From Macrostomum lignano (Eukaryota), in assembly GCA_002269645.1 (NCBI GenBank), contig NIVC01002616.1, positions 92,668 to 156,667 of the forward strand: a DNA stretch of 64,000 bases, read 5' to 3'. Shown piece by piece: positions 32,179 to 43,735 of the stretch. Each line of letters opens with the position of its first letter. Position 1 is the first letter of the stretch. A program made the translations under genes and the position numbers. The notes below the pieces were generated by a model, which saw only the letters and a list, made by a program, of their open reading frames with translations, did not search any database and was not told where the DNA came from.

Positions 32179-32409
32179 AGGTGTTTTTTTGTTAATTTAA
32201 CACTGTGTTTTTCGGCGCTGGTTCTGTTGATAATTTCATCGATTTTGACCAGTGAAATAAAAGCACAAATCCTATATAGTAAAAAGTAACACTAATTGTT
32301 TTTTTATAACAATATTTTTTCTATTTTCTGATTTTCTAATTTTTAGTAGGTAGGATGTTAGTATCCAGTCTATACTTAGTGTAATTTTATAATAATTGAC
32401 TGCATCATT

Positions 32410-33215
32410 CCTTTAGTGACCCCCTTGCCCCCCTCCCAAAGTCCCTTAGTGACCCCGTTGCCCCCCAAAGTCCTTTACTGACTTTGCCTTTACTCCTTTA
32501 CTGACCTCTGCCTCCCTCACAGTCCTTTAGTGACCCCGCTGCCCCCCTCACAGTCCTTTAGTGACCCCGCTCCCCCTCACAGTCCTTTAGTGACCCCGCT
32601 GCCCCCCTCACAGTCCTTTAGTGACCCCGCTCCCCCTCACAGTCCTTTAGTGACCCCGCTGCCCCCCTCACAGTCCTTTAGTGACCCCGCTCCCCCTCAC
32701 AGTCCTTTAGTGACCCCGCTGCCTCCCTCACAGTCCTTTAGTGACCCCGCTCCCCCTCACAGTCCTTTAGTGACCCCGCTGCCTCCCTCACAGTCCTTTA
32801 GTGACCCCGCTGCCTCCCTCACAGTCCTTTAGTGACCCCGCTGCCTCCCTCACAGTCCTTTAGTGACCCCGCTCCCCCTCACAGTCCTTTAGTGACCCCG
32901 CTGCCTCCCTCACAGTCCTTTAGTGACCCCGCTGCCTCCCTCACAGTCCTTTAGTGCCCCCGCTGCCTCCCTCACAGTCCTTTAGTGACCCCGCTGCCTC
33001 CCTCACAGTTCTTTAGTGACCCCGCTGCCCCCCTCACAGTCCTTTAGTGACCCGCTGCCTCCCTCACAGTCCTTTAGTGACCCCGCTGCCCCCCTCACAG
33101 TCTTAGTTAACCCTGCTGCCCCCTCACAGTCTTTTAGTGACCCCTGCTGTCCCCTCACAGTCCTTTAGTGACCCCTGCTGCCCCCTCACAGTCCTTTAGT
33201 GACCCCGCCGACCCC
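32410..33215. repeat. 29/31-bp minisatellite (GTGACCCCGCTGCCCCCCTCACAGTCCTTTA), partly a 60-bp dimer
   Basis: Direct reading. Confidence 0.95.
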
Positions 33216-33769
33216 CTCTTAGTATAAATACTAAAGCAGAAATATTTTCTGTTAACGTACTTTTTACCTACTGGAAGTAGTGCACATTAAAATAGATATT
33301 GTACATTTTCAGCAGCGATGCGGCTTCGCTGCAAGAATCTGGACGCTTTGCTGCGGTCTATCGGCGAACTGGAGGAATCCTGCGGCGCAGATTTCTGTAC
33401 ATCAACCAGACGCTCTCTGACCAAATATGTCGCCGAATTAGTCGCCTCATCGACTGATAGCCGCGGCGTTGTTCGACCTCATCGACTTGGACAGCGTCGC
33501 CGATTTCAGCCGCTGTTTCGCGATCGCGACAATTCGTCGTCGTCTTTGTCGCACCAAGACTGACGCTTGCTGGACTGGGACGGCACGCCGCACATTGTGG
33601 TGATGACCGACTATCGCTGGTGCTCCATGCGAGCTCCGAAGTCCATCGGTAGAAATCGAACTCAACCGGTGCTGCTCATGCATAGGAGACGGGGTGGCAG
33701 GATTACTGGCGATTCTGGTGTTGGCGCGGGTTTAGGTACCTGTGCTAGAACAGGTGTGTCTGCCGGTGA

Positions 33770-33970
33770 TGGCACCGGTATGAGCACCGGTATCGGCACC
33801 TTTATAGGCACCGGTGTTGCTACCGGTATGAGCACCGGTGTTGCTACCGGTATGAGCACCGGTGTCGGCACTGGTATGAGCACAGGTGTCGGCACTGGTA
33901 TGAGCACAGGTGTCGGCACCGGTATGAGCACAGGTGTCGGCACTGGTATGAGTACAGGTGTCGGCACTGG
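33770..33970. repeat. 24-bp minisatellite (GGTATGAGCACAGGTGTCGGCACT)
   Basis: Direct reading. Confidence 0.9.
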
Positions 33971-34384
33971 TTGTACTGCCTGCGTTATAATTAAAGCTGT
34001 AATGCGATTTCCTCAATACCGGTTAAATATCAACGACCGGGGTCTGCAATCCCTGGTCAGTCACCGGTTGCGCTACCTGATGTCGCGCGGTCAGTACCCT
34101 GGCGAAGTGTGGTACTATGCCTATTTCCCTTCGGCCAAGGAGCACAACCACGTCATGCTGGCCTCCGCTCCCGGAGTTCATCTGCCCCAGGCGATGTCGG
34201 ATCTGTCCGACAATTCCCGTCTCGTCACTTTGGATTTGTCCGGTCTACCAGTTGCTAAGCAACCAGCCGATGCTTCGGTTGAGATCGAAGATTCCACTAT
34301 TAGCTTTGGTGGGTAGCTTTCAACACCTTTCGTGCACGTTTGTAATGTTTTTTTTACTCTTCAGCCATCCTTCACCTACTAATC

Positions 34385-34885
34385 AGCCATCCCTTCAGCT
34401 ACCCTTCAGCAATCCCTCAGCTACCCTTCAGCAATCCCTCAGCTACCCTTCAGCTATCCCTCAGCTCGTACCCTTCAGCAATCCCTCAGCTACCCTTCAG
34501 CAATCCCTCAGCTACCCTTCAGCAATCCCTCAGCTACCCTTCAGCAATCCCTCAGCTACCCTTCAGCAATCCCTCAGCTACCCTTCAGCAATCCCTCAAC
34601 TACCCTTCAGCCATCCCTCAGCTCGTACCCTTCAGCCATCCCTCAGCTACCCTTCAGCAATCCCTCAGCTACCCTTCAGCAATCCCTCAGCTACCCTTCA
34701 GCAATCACTCAGCTACCCTTCAGCCATCCCTCAGCTACCCTTCAGCCATCCCTCAGCTACCCTTCAGCAATCCCTCAGCTACCCTTCAGCAATCCCTCAG
34801 CTACCCTTCAGCCATCCCTCAGCTCGTACCCTTCAGCAATCCCCTCAGCTACCCTTCAGCCACCCCTCAGCTACCCTTCAGCAAT
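34385..34885. repeat. ~22-bp minisatellite (CAGCTACCCTTCAGCAATCCCT)
   Basis: Direct reading. Confidence 0.92.
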
Positions 34886-35299
34886 ATCCTCCGATACAAT
34901 CCAACAAATCCTCCAACGAAGCCCATGTCGAGAAACGCTTAATCAATTGTTTACTCTAATCATTGCAGATAATCATCAGAGCAGCCTCAGACTGTTGCGT
35001 CAGCTGAACATGACAGACTGCGTAGTCAGATCGGAGACCAGCTTCCTAGCTTTGCTGCGTCGCCTGCAGCAGTATCTGACTCAGCAGCGTCAGCAATCCA
35101 CCAAGCCACGGCAGCCGTCCAACCTTCGGGCCGGTTGTCTCGGTGCCCGCATCAACTGACACGCTTCTCTTGATGGCGTGGATTTGGATCATAGCGATGA
35201 GATTGATGGCGAGCAATCGGGCATGTGTGGAGATTTTCTTGACGAAATTGTGAGTTCCTTGGTAATTAGGATACTGATTCTCAAGGGTGGTACTGCCAC

Positions 35300-35715
35300 C
35301 AACTCAACCCAGTATTTCCATGGACTGCTAACACCTCAACCCAGTGTGTCCATGGACTGCTAACACCTCAACCCAGTGTGTCCATGGACTGCTAACACCT
35401 CAACCCAGTGTGTCCATGGACTGCTAGCACCTCAACCCAGTGTGTCCATGGACTGCTAACACCTCAACCCAGTGTGTCCATGGACTGCTAACACCTCAAC
35501 CCAGTGTGTCCATGGACTGCTAACACCTCAACCCAGTGTGTCCATGGACTGCTAACACCTCAACCCAGTGTGTCCATGGACTGCTAACACCTCAACCCAG
35601 TGTGTCCATGGACTGCTAACACCTCAACCCAGTGTGTCCATGGACTGCTAACACCTCAACCCAGTGTGTCCATGGACTGCTAACACCTCAACCCAGTGTG
35701 TCCATGGACTGCCAC
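35300..35715. repeat. 32-bp minisatellite (CATGGACTGCTAACACCTCAACCCAGTGTGTC)
   Basis: Period 32 read directly. Confidence 0.95.
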
Positions 35716-36144
35716 CACCTCAAGTGTGAAAATGTGCTTGCATGCGTATCCGTGTGCGTCTCTGCCTGCTCTGGAATCAATTGGATGGTCAATATAATTT
35801 TATTATGGTTTTTAAGACGCTGCATAATAGTTGAATACTTTCAGGATGAAATCACCGACATGGATAATGGTTCCGACAGCCAGTTAGACACGGATTGCCA
35901 GCTATCTAGCGTCGATCAAGATGAGAGCGGCCAAGCTAAAATTGGTAATTGGAAACCTCGCAGAGGTCGCCCGCTGAAAGATCCTCTGCTGCCGAGGCCC
36001 GCCCGCCTCACAGCGTCCGAAGTTCGCCGGTTTCACTGCGTCAACGCCCGCGAAGGGGTGACTGCGACTTCGTCTATGGCAGAGCGCCTCGAGGCAGCGG
36101 AAGCCAGGATTGACCGTCTGGAGAGCCAGGTGTCTCAGCTCACC

Positions 36145-36400
36145 TCGCTGATTGGCTGCGATCCTACCAGCTGACCTCCGTGACCTCTGATTGGCTGCGG
36201 TCCCACCAGCTTACCTCCGTGACCTCTGATTGGCTGCGATCCTACCAGCTTACCTTCATGACCTCTGATTGGCTGCGATCCCACCAGCTGACCTCCGTGA
36301 CCTCTGATTGGCTGCGATCCAACCAACTGACCTCCGTGACCTCTGATTGGCTGCGATCCCATCAGCTGACCTCCGTGGCCTCTGATTGGCTGTCATCCTA
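36145..36400. repeat. 39-bp minisatellite overlapping the stop codon of the upstream exon
   Basis: TCTGATTGGCTGCGATCCCACCAGCTGACCTCCGTGACC units. Confidence 0.9.
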
Positions 36401-37189
36401 CTTGATGACCTCTTTTGGCCTCTGGTTGTTTGCAAGCCTTGATCTTGTTTCCTGCTAATCTATTATTCATCGGGTGACCTCTTTTGTCCTCTGATTGATT
36501 TTAAGGAAATCTGATGGTCAACGTGACCTTCACTGACCCCTAAAAACCAGATGACCTCAATTGACCTCTCCAACTTTTGGTTTTGCGTGTTGTTTTCAGT
36601 TTCAGAACGGTGTTTTCCGTCTGTCTTTCATTTTGTATTCAAATATTTATACTTATTAAGAATCGCAATAGTGTATTAGTTTACCTGACTACCTATATTT
36701 ATTACTTTACTTTTACTTGTACTTAGCATGTACTTTTCAGTCCTCTTCGCTCTAATTAGTGCACTTTCATATTTAGTCGCCTAAAGTTTTATAATCCCTC
36801 GCTGTTAGTAATGCTTTGTGCAATCAGTTTTACAACTCTGAGATGCTTCTCTAAGTCAAATGTACCCTGCTTTTAGATTATTATATTATTACTATCGATT
36901 TCTAAATTAATGCATCTAGCAGATCTTTTAGACATCTTTTCCAATATTGTACACCAAATAGTGTTAATAAATAAACGAATTTATGCATAAATGTCGTATT
37001 ACTTGTTTACTTTTTTCATCACTTATAATAGCAGATTATAGGTAACAATAAGGGGGGGGGGTAATTTTACGAGTTATAATTATTCAACGATTTTCCAGGT
37101 TTACATTTAGGATTTTTAGAGTATTCTTTGTCAGTATTAACTTATTAACTTAGTATTATCTACGGATTATCATGTTTGAAATTATGGAT

Positions 37190-37520
37190 TATCAAAGGAT
37201 TAACTGGATTCGAATTGGGGATTATCAGAGGATTAACTGGATTCGAATGGGGGATCATGCGAGGATTAACTGGATTCGAATGGGGGATCATGCGAGGATT
37301 AACTGGATTCGAATGGGGGATTATCAGAGGATTAACTGGATTCGAATTGGGGATTATCAGAGGATTAACTGGATTCGAATGGGGGATCATGCGAGGATTA
37401 ACAGGATTCGAATGGGGATTATCAGAGGATTAACTGGATTCGAATGGGGGATTATCAGAGGATTAACTGGATTCGAATGGGGGATTATCAGAGGATTAGC
37501 CTGCTTTGAATTGGGGAGTT
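37190..37520. repeat. 33-bp minisatellite (GGGGATTATCAGAGGATTAACTGGATTCGAATT)
   Basis: Direct reading. Confidence 0.93.
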
Positions 37521-37644
37521 ATTAGAGGATTAGCAATATTTTACTCAATATTTTTCTTAGATAAGCCACGTTTATGAGCAATGGGCCCAATCCTAGCTCA
37601 AAGTTGGGATGCCCTAAACTCTAAACCCTAAACTCCATCATCTC

Positions 37645-37875
37645 ATGGCTCCCAAAGGAGTGGGCACTTCCTGTGCGAAACGCCGCAACGTGCGCGAGCC
37701 GGGCGTCCGGGCCGCCTACCAGGCAGCCGACGTGGCCGGGAATCGAGGCCAGGACGACATCGACTTGCTGATCAGCTTCATCGAGGGGCCTCCTCAGGCT
37801 GCCGGGAAAAAAGCTGCCAAGAAAAAGTCGGAGAAGGATAGCGGCGCTGTCAAGACTAACGAAACAAAGACTTGA
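37645..37875 (+). CDS. Tandem paralogue 1 (76 aa): only the AGNRGQDDIDLLISFIEG motif plus Lys-rich tail
   Basis: Near-identical to C-terminus of paralogue 2 (40310-40511). Confidence 0.55.
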   Translation: MAPKGVGTSCAKRRNVREPGVRAAYQAADVAGNRGQDDIDLLISFIEGPPQAAGKKAAKKKSEKDSGAVKTNETKT

Positions 37876-38064
37876 GTAATCGTTGTTTATGATTTATTTC
37901 CTTGCCAACTGAGAACAGATATTAAAGTATTGTTGAGCTTCGGTTACCCGAGTATGTGAAAAACAATAATAGTGAAACTTCAGCATCCGCTTTTGCTTTC
38001 CCGACTCTTCCCTCTCAGTGCCTCTTGTCTATCTCGTTACAATTTGATTACTACGTCTCCTCAT

Positions 38065-38605
38065 CCCAGTCTCACCATCTCCCTACCCTCATCTCCCTGC
38101 CTCAGTCTCCCTCATCTCCCTGCCTCAGTCTCCCTCATCTCCCTGCCTCAGTCTCCCTCATCTCCCTGCCTCAGTCTCCCTCATCTCCCTACCTCAGTCT
38201 CCCTCATCTCCCTGCCTCAATCTCCCTCATCTCCCTGCCTCAGTCTCCCTCACCTCCCTGCCTCAATCTCTCTCATCTCCCTGCCTCAGTCTCCCTCACC
38301 TCCCTGCCTCAGTCTCCCTCATCTCCCTGCCTCAGTCTCCCTCACCTCCCTGCCTCAGTCTCCCTCATCTCCCTGCCTCGTGCCTCAGTCTCCCTCACCT
38401 CCCTGCCTCAGTCTCCCTCATCTCCCTACCTCAATCTCCCTCACCTCCCTGCCTCAGTCTCCCTCATCTCCCTGCCTCGTGCCTCAGTCTCCCTCATCTC
38501 CCTACCTCAGTCTCCCTCATCTCCCTACCTCAGTCTCCCTCATCTCCCTACCTCAGTCTCCCTCATCTCCCTACCTCAATCTCCCTCATCTCCCTACCTC
38601 AATCC
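38065..38605. repeat. 23-bp CT-rich minisatellite (CCTCAGTCTCCCTCATCTCCCTG)
   Basis: Direct reading. Confidence 0.94.
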
Positions 38606-39352
38606 CCCCATTTCTCCCCAAATCTATAAAACACAAATATCCTCCTTGTATTATAAGGAAATATTGAATTGTATTTTTCGCCTCTAGCTGTCCAAATAAT
38701 ATTTGATAATTTCAATTTTTTAATATAGCATCACTAAACAATTAGTATTTTCGTATTAAAAACCGTTAAAATTCTACTACTACTACTCAACTACTAAAGG
38801 TAGTACAAAGCGTGGTATTTCTACAGTTACAATAAAATGCATTCTGGTTTTTATGCAAATTTATAAATTCACACAATCAAAAATTGTTTGTCATTGTCAT
38901 TCATTTGCCAATCTGCTTTTTGTTATTATTTTTACGTTTCTCAGAAACAGTAGGAGCTGCGATACAAGCACAATTTCCGTATTCTACATCTGGTCTGGCA
39001 TCAACTGCTTATGCGAATAATACTTACCTTGTTTTATATATATTCTTTTTTATCTAAGTTACAATTTCTTTTATGCTTCGTCTTTATATTGTTTTTTATT
39101 TAGAGCTACTTTTTGTTATAATCAGTCGATCAGCCCCTTTGTTTTTTTTTAAATTTGTTATCCGGTAAACAAGAAAGCCATAGAAAATATATAATATTCA
39201 GAAATATGCGGTTTTGAGTTACTCGTTTTTATTTCAAATTATTTTATATCGTTTTACTATATTATCTATCGGTCAACCGATAGCAAGTTAAGCCCATCTG
39301 GTGTTGGTTAGGATCAAGGATGATATATAACAACTGGATTGTCGGACTACTA

Positions 39353-39590
39353 GGGGTTGTAGCCTAGTAGTTAGAGCGTCGGACTTGCAACTTGAAGGTC
39401 GGAGGTTCGATTCCCGACCCACTCGGAACAATTTGCGTCATTGAGCAAGACACTTAACTCTCTGCATTGCTTCAGTTCACCCAGCTGATTGAACAGCCGT
39501 ACGCAGCCTTCAGATGCGTTGCGCAATAGCTGCGGCTGAGCTGTCGGTTGCACATCTGCCCACTAGGTGTAATCTATCCTTCATGCTCAT
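39353..39590 (+). mobile_element. tRNA(Ala-TGC-like)-derived SINE with CORE-like central domain
   Basis: A box TAGCCTAGTAG, anticodon arm GGACTTGCAACTT, B box GGTTCGATTCC (39404-39414), then TGAGCAAGACACTTAACTCTCTG resembling the MIR/CORE domain; 3' extent approximate. Confidence 0.8.
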
Positions 39591-39893
39591 TGGCTGCAGG
39601 GTTCCGAACTACTCGGGGGCTACTCCACTCGCTCCACTCCCGTCTGATTGGAGCAGTCTGGCAATCCAGTTATTATATATCATCCTTGGTTAGTGCGCAA
39701 ACGAATAGGTAGAAATACAGACTGGAAGTTGCGACCCTCCAGCTACACCATTAGCATTTGTTCTTCAACTTTTATTGCTTCATCTGTTCATGCTTCCAGA
39801 GCTGCCCAGCTAACACGGTTCCTCATTTGGCGCTTAGCGGACACTAATCAGGGGCTGTATAATTTACACTATTCACAGAGCACTGTTGGAGCA

Positions 39894-40511
39894 ATGCTGA
39901 CTGGTGGTAACTCTAACGATGAGGCTTCCGGAGCCATCGGTTGCGTCGCTGACGACTGCTACGACGCTCTCGGCTCCGACTCGGTGTCCACACCGTCGGA
40001 AGGCAGTGACAGCGAAATCAGAAAAGATGACGATGGCGCACCGCCACACCTGCGGGACTATTGCTCGGTGACGCGGCCGGAGCTGCCGCAGCTGCGTCTG
40101 CTGCGCAATCAGCCGCCGTTCGGCTACTCGGGCGATCCGCAGATGTCAACGAAACTTCAGAGCAATCTTCGCGACCTCATCGACGGCGGCGGGGATGGCA
40201 ACGGCGGCAGATTTTGGGTAGATCCGCAGATGTCGCCGAAATTTCAGCGCAACCTCATCAACAACGGCGGAGGCGATAGCAAAGGAGTGGCCACTTCCAG
40301 TCGGAAATGCCGCAAGCGGGCGACTTCCGGCGAGCCGGGTGTCCGGGCCACCTACCAGGCAGCCGACGTGGCCGGGAATCGAGGCCAGGACGACATCGAC
40401 TCGCTGATCAGCTTCATCGAGGGGCCTCCTCAGGCTGCCGGGAAGAAAGCTGCAAAGAAAAAGTCGAAGAATGGAAGCGGTGCTACCAAGACCGGTGAAA
40501 CAAAGACTTGA
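39894..40511 (+). CDS. Tandem paralogue 2 (205 aa from ATG 39894), internally deleted relative to paralogue 3
   Basis: Shares MLT..DEASGAIGCV.DDCYDALGSDSVSTPSEGSDSE and DYCSVTRPELPQLRLLRNQPPFGYSGDPQMS with paralogue 3. Confidence 0.65.
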   Translation: MLTGGNSNDEASGAIGCVADDCYDALGSDSVSTPSEGSDSEIRKDDDGAPPHLRDYCSVTRPELPQLRLLRNQPPFGYSGDPQMSTKLQSNLRDLIDGGGDGNGGRFWVDPQMSPKFQRNLINNGGGDSKGVATSSRKCRKRATSGEPGVRATYQAADVAGNRGQDDIDSLISFIEGPPQAAGKKAAKKKSKNGSGATKTGETKT

Positions 40512-41200
40512 GAAAGAGTCTTTATTCTCAGTTTTATGTGATTTTATTAAGTGATGACGTCATTTTTATCTAACAAGATTTAAACAATTACGAGTAGCAA
40601 CTCGTTAAATTACTACTAAACACTGTCCACTATAAGTAGTACAAAGCGTCATGTTTAGATAGTTTCTGTAAAACACATTCCGGTTTTGATTTATTTTATA
40701 AATTTACACAATGGAAATTATTATTCATTTGCCAATTTGCCTTTTATTTTTTTACGTTTCTTAGAAACAGTTTGATCTGCGTTACGCGATTTATGTAATA
40801 ACAATTAGTGTATTACCTGCTGCAGTTACCAAACTGTATTATAAGCCTAATATGGCATCGTCTGCTTTTTTGTCCGACATTTTTTATTAGTTTATTTATT
40901 AAGGTAAAGATATTTTTCGGTTACATAATCATTTAATTAGCGCCAATGTTTTAAACAAATTTTTCTCGGTAAACATGATTCATTATAATATCTATTCAGA
41001 AATTAGCGGTTTTGTGTTATTCGTTTTTCTTTTCAAAATATTTTTTCTCGATGAATAACTAACTATACAGTTACTAGATTAATTTACAATTAAGTTAAGC
41101 CGATCTGGTATCGGTTAGTATGCAAACAAACAAGTCTTCACTGTTTGCTTCGCCTGTTCCAGCTCGCAGAGTCGCCCAGCTCCAGAGCGCATTTTGAGAG

Positions 41201-42862
41201 ATGCTGACTAATGGTAACTATAGCGACGAGGCATCCGGAGCCATCGGTTGCGTCGGTGACGACTGCTACGACGCTCTTGGCTCCGACTCGGTGTCCACAC
41301 CGTCGGAAGGCAGCGACAGCGAAGTCAGCGAAGATGACAACCGCCTTAAAGGCTACTCAGTCGGCGGCCGAGGCCACACGGACTACTATTCGGATTTCTA
41401 TCGGACAGCCAAGACTACTGCTAGTAGTAGAGCCGGGAACCGGGCTGCCGCCAGAGCCAACACCAGAGCCTACGACGATCACGTGGAGGTAGCGACGACT
41501 GGCCGCGGTGGCAGCAGCGACGACGATGACGATGGCGAACCGCCCATCTTGCAGGACTATTGCTCGGTGACGCGGCCGGAGCTGCCGCAGCTGCGTCTGC
41601 TGCGCAATCAGCCGCCGTTCGGCTACTCGGGCGATCCGCAGATGTCGCCGAACTTTCAGCGCAATCTTCGCGACCTCATCGACGGCGGCGGGGATGGCAA
41701 CGGCGGCAGCTTCTCGGCTCCGGCGGCGTTGCGCGGTGAAGAGGCGAAAGAGGAGCTCAAGGAGGAAGAGAACGGAGCGGCCATGCGAACCACCATGGAC
41801 CCGCTGCTGATGCAACAGCTGCTTCAGAAGCAGCACGAGAAACAGCACAGAGGAGGTGAGCAGGAGCTGAAGAATCTTGAGCAGGACCAGGAGCAGCAAT
41901 CGAGCCAGCAGCTGAAGCAGGCCAAGCAGAAGCCGCTGCAGAAAGGTCGCACTGTTAAGCGCCGGGTCCGAAAGGCCGAGGTTGTTCACGCCGGGGATCT
42001 GGCTGGGAACCGAGGCGAACTGGACGTTGACACCCTGCTGAGCTTCATCAACGGTGGCACCGCCGGGCCTGAAGCTGACCAGCAGCAGTGCGGCGGCGAG
42101 CACGGAGCCAAGACTCAGCCGCAGCCGGCTAAAAAGAAGTCATCATCATCAGCTAAAGACAGGTCGGCATCATCAAAAACTAACTCCGCTGCTCCTGTTC
42201 CGGAGCTTACTGCTCAAACCTCGTCGGAGAAGGAGAACAACATCAACAACATCAGCAGCAACAACAACAACAAAAACAACAACATCAACAACAACAGAGA
42301 ATACAAGGATGATGAGGCTCCGGCAGCTGCAGTTGTTGCTGAGTCTAAACCGCCGCCTGCACCACCCAGCGAGCCGAAGCCGGTCGCAATATTCACCGAT
42401 TTCGATTCGCTGTCCTCCTGCGACAGAGAAATTCTAGCCAACGGCATGCTGGATTCAACAGGCCCGCCTGAGCCAGACTTTGAAGTTGTGCTGTCTAAGA
42501 AGGATCGCCGGCAGATGCGCATGAAGCCGGAGCAGCAGCAGCAGCAGCAGAGACCGCCTAGGAAGGCTCCAATGCATCCAAACCGCAATCGCCATCCCCA
42601 CCCTCGCCAGGCCCTGTCGCACGTTGTCAATGGCAACGCTCTGGTTAACGGCAGCGCAGGCGGTTCCCTGGCTCAGTCGCCTCGGTCAGCATCTCCCGCT
42701 GCTAGTGTTCAGCAGAAGCAGCAGATACTGATAAACAATCCAGATCAGTATGCCGCCTTGCTGCATCAGAAAGCTCAGGAGAACGCCTTACTTAGGCGGG
42801 ATCTGGACTCTTGCAGCTCAAACTATTCTTGTTTGGTGTCGTTTCTGTATTCGCTTTGCTAA
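41201..42862 (+). CDS. Tandem paralogue 3 (553 aa), intronless, largely low-complexity protein with GNRGELDVDTLLSFING motif
   Basis: Long ATG-initiated GC-rich ORF with non-repetitive nucleotide sequence; conserved blocks shared with paralogues. Confidence 0.8.
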   Translation: MLTNGNYSDEASGAIGCVGDDCYDALGSDSVSTPSEGSDSEVSEDDNRLKGYSVGGRGHTDYYSDFYRTAKTTASSRAGNRAAARANTRAYDDHVEVATTGRGGSSDDDDDGEPPILQDYCSVTRPELPQLRLLRNQPPFGYSGDPQMSPNFQRNLRDLIDGGGDGNGGSFSAPAALRGEEAKEELKEEENGAAMRTTMDPLLMQQLLQKQHEKQHRGGEQELKNLEQDQEQQSSQQLKQAKQKPLQKGRTVKRRVRKAEVVHAGDLAGNRGELDVDTLLSFINGGTAGPEADQQQCGGEHGAKTQPQPAKKKSSSSAKDRSASSKTNSAAPVPELTAQTSSEKENNINNISSNNNNKNNNINNNREYKDDEAPAAAVVAESKPPPAPPSEPKPVAIFTDFDSLSSCDREILANGMLDSTGPPEPDFEVVLSKKDRRQMRMKPEQQQQQQRPPRKAPMHPNRNRHPHPRQALSHVVNGNALVNGSAGGSLAQSPRSASPAASVQQKQQILINNPDQYAALLHQKAQENALLRRDLDSCSSNYSCLVSFLYSLC

Positions 42863-43027
42863 ACTCTTTTGTGCGGCTGTGCGCGTCTCATTGCTTCTCT
42901 TTCCTGTGCGGCCACTTGTGTACGTGTGTGTTTTTTTCTCAAGCTGCGCGCTACTTTGTTTGTATCAATAGAATTCAGCATTGTTACGCTGGGTTATGAT
43001 TGGAGCTTTCTTGGGTTTACATTTAAA

Positions 43028-43735
43028 TTGTTAGATGCATCAGGTGAGAGTTTGCAGATGTCTCAGGTGAGAGCTTGCAGATGTCTCAGGTGAGAGTTTG
43101 CAGATGTCTCAGGTGAGAGTTTGCAGATGTCTTAGGTGAGAGTTTGCAGATGTCTCAGGTGAGAGTTTACAGATGTCTCAGGTGAGAGTTTGCAGATGTC
43201 TCAGGTGAGAGTTTGCAGATGTCTTAGGTGAGAGTTTACAGATGTCTCAGGTGAGAGTTTACAGATGTCTCAGGTGAGAGTTTGCAGATGTCTCAGGTGA
43301 GAGTTTACAGATGTTTCAGGTGAGAGTTTACAGATGTCTCAGGTGAGAGTTTGCAGATGTCTCAGGTGAGAGTTTGCAGGCATCTCAGGTGAGAGTTTGC
43401 AGGTGTCTCAGGTGAGAGTTTACAAATGTCTCAGGTGAGAGTTTGCAGATGTCTCAGGTGAGAGTTTGCAGATGTCTCAGGTGAGAGTTTGCAGATGTCT
43501 CAGGTGAGAGTTTACAGATGTTTCAGGTGAGAGTTTACAGATGTTTCAGGTGAGAGTTTGCAGATGTTTCAGGTGAGAGTTTGCAGATGTTTCAGGTGAG
43601 AGTTTACAGATGTTTCAGGTGAGAGTTTACAGATGTCTCAGGTGAGAGTTTACAGATGTCTCAGATGAGAGTTTACAGATGTCTCAGGTGAGAGTTTGCA
43701 GGCATCTCAGGTGAGAGTTTGCAGGTGTCTCGGCT
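43028..43735. repeat. 23-bp minisatellite (CAGGTGAGAGTTTGCAGATGTCT)
   Basis: Direct reading. Confidence 0.96.

Larger units (their letters stand above)
33313..36174 (+). pseudogene. Putative multi-exon gene (approx. 33313-33648, 34061-34308, 34969-35270, 35846-36174) with frame disruptions; F-box/LRR-like segments, AT-hook-like PRRGRP and C-terminal coiled coil
   Basis: GC-rich codon-like blocks bounded by splice-like sites and separated by minisatellites; LVTLDLSGL, LRLLRQLNMTDC, AALFDLIDLDSVADFSRC; in-frame TGA at 33561 and 35157. Family call is weak. Confidence 0.45.

Noticed and set aside
33561-35159. Selenocysteine recoding of the two TGA codons
   Set aside because: No selenoprotein context or recognisable SECIS; frameshifts explain the TGAs better.
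39353-39425. tRNA-Ala(TGC) gene
   Set aside because: Acceptor and anticodon stems pair poorly, there is no poly-T terminator, and it continues into a CORE-like SINE body.
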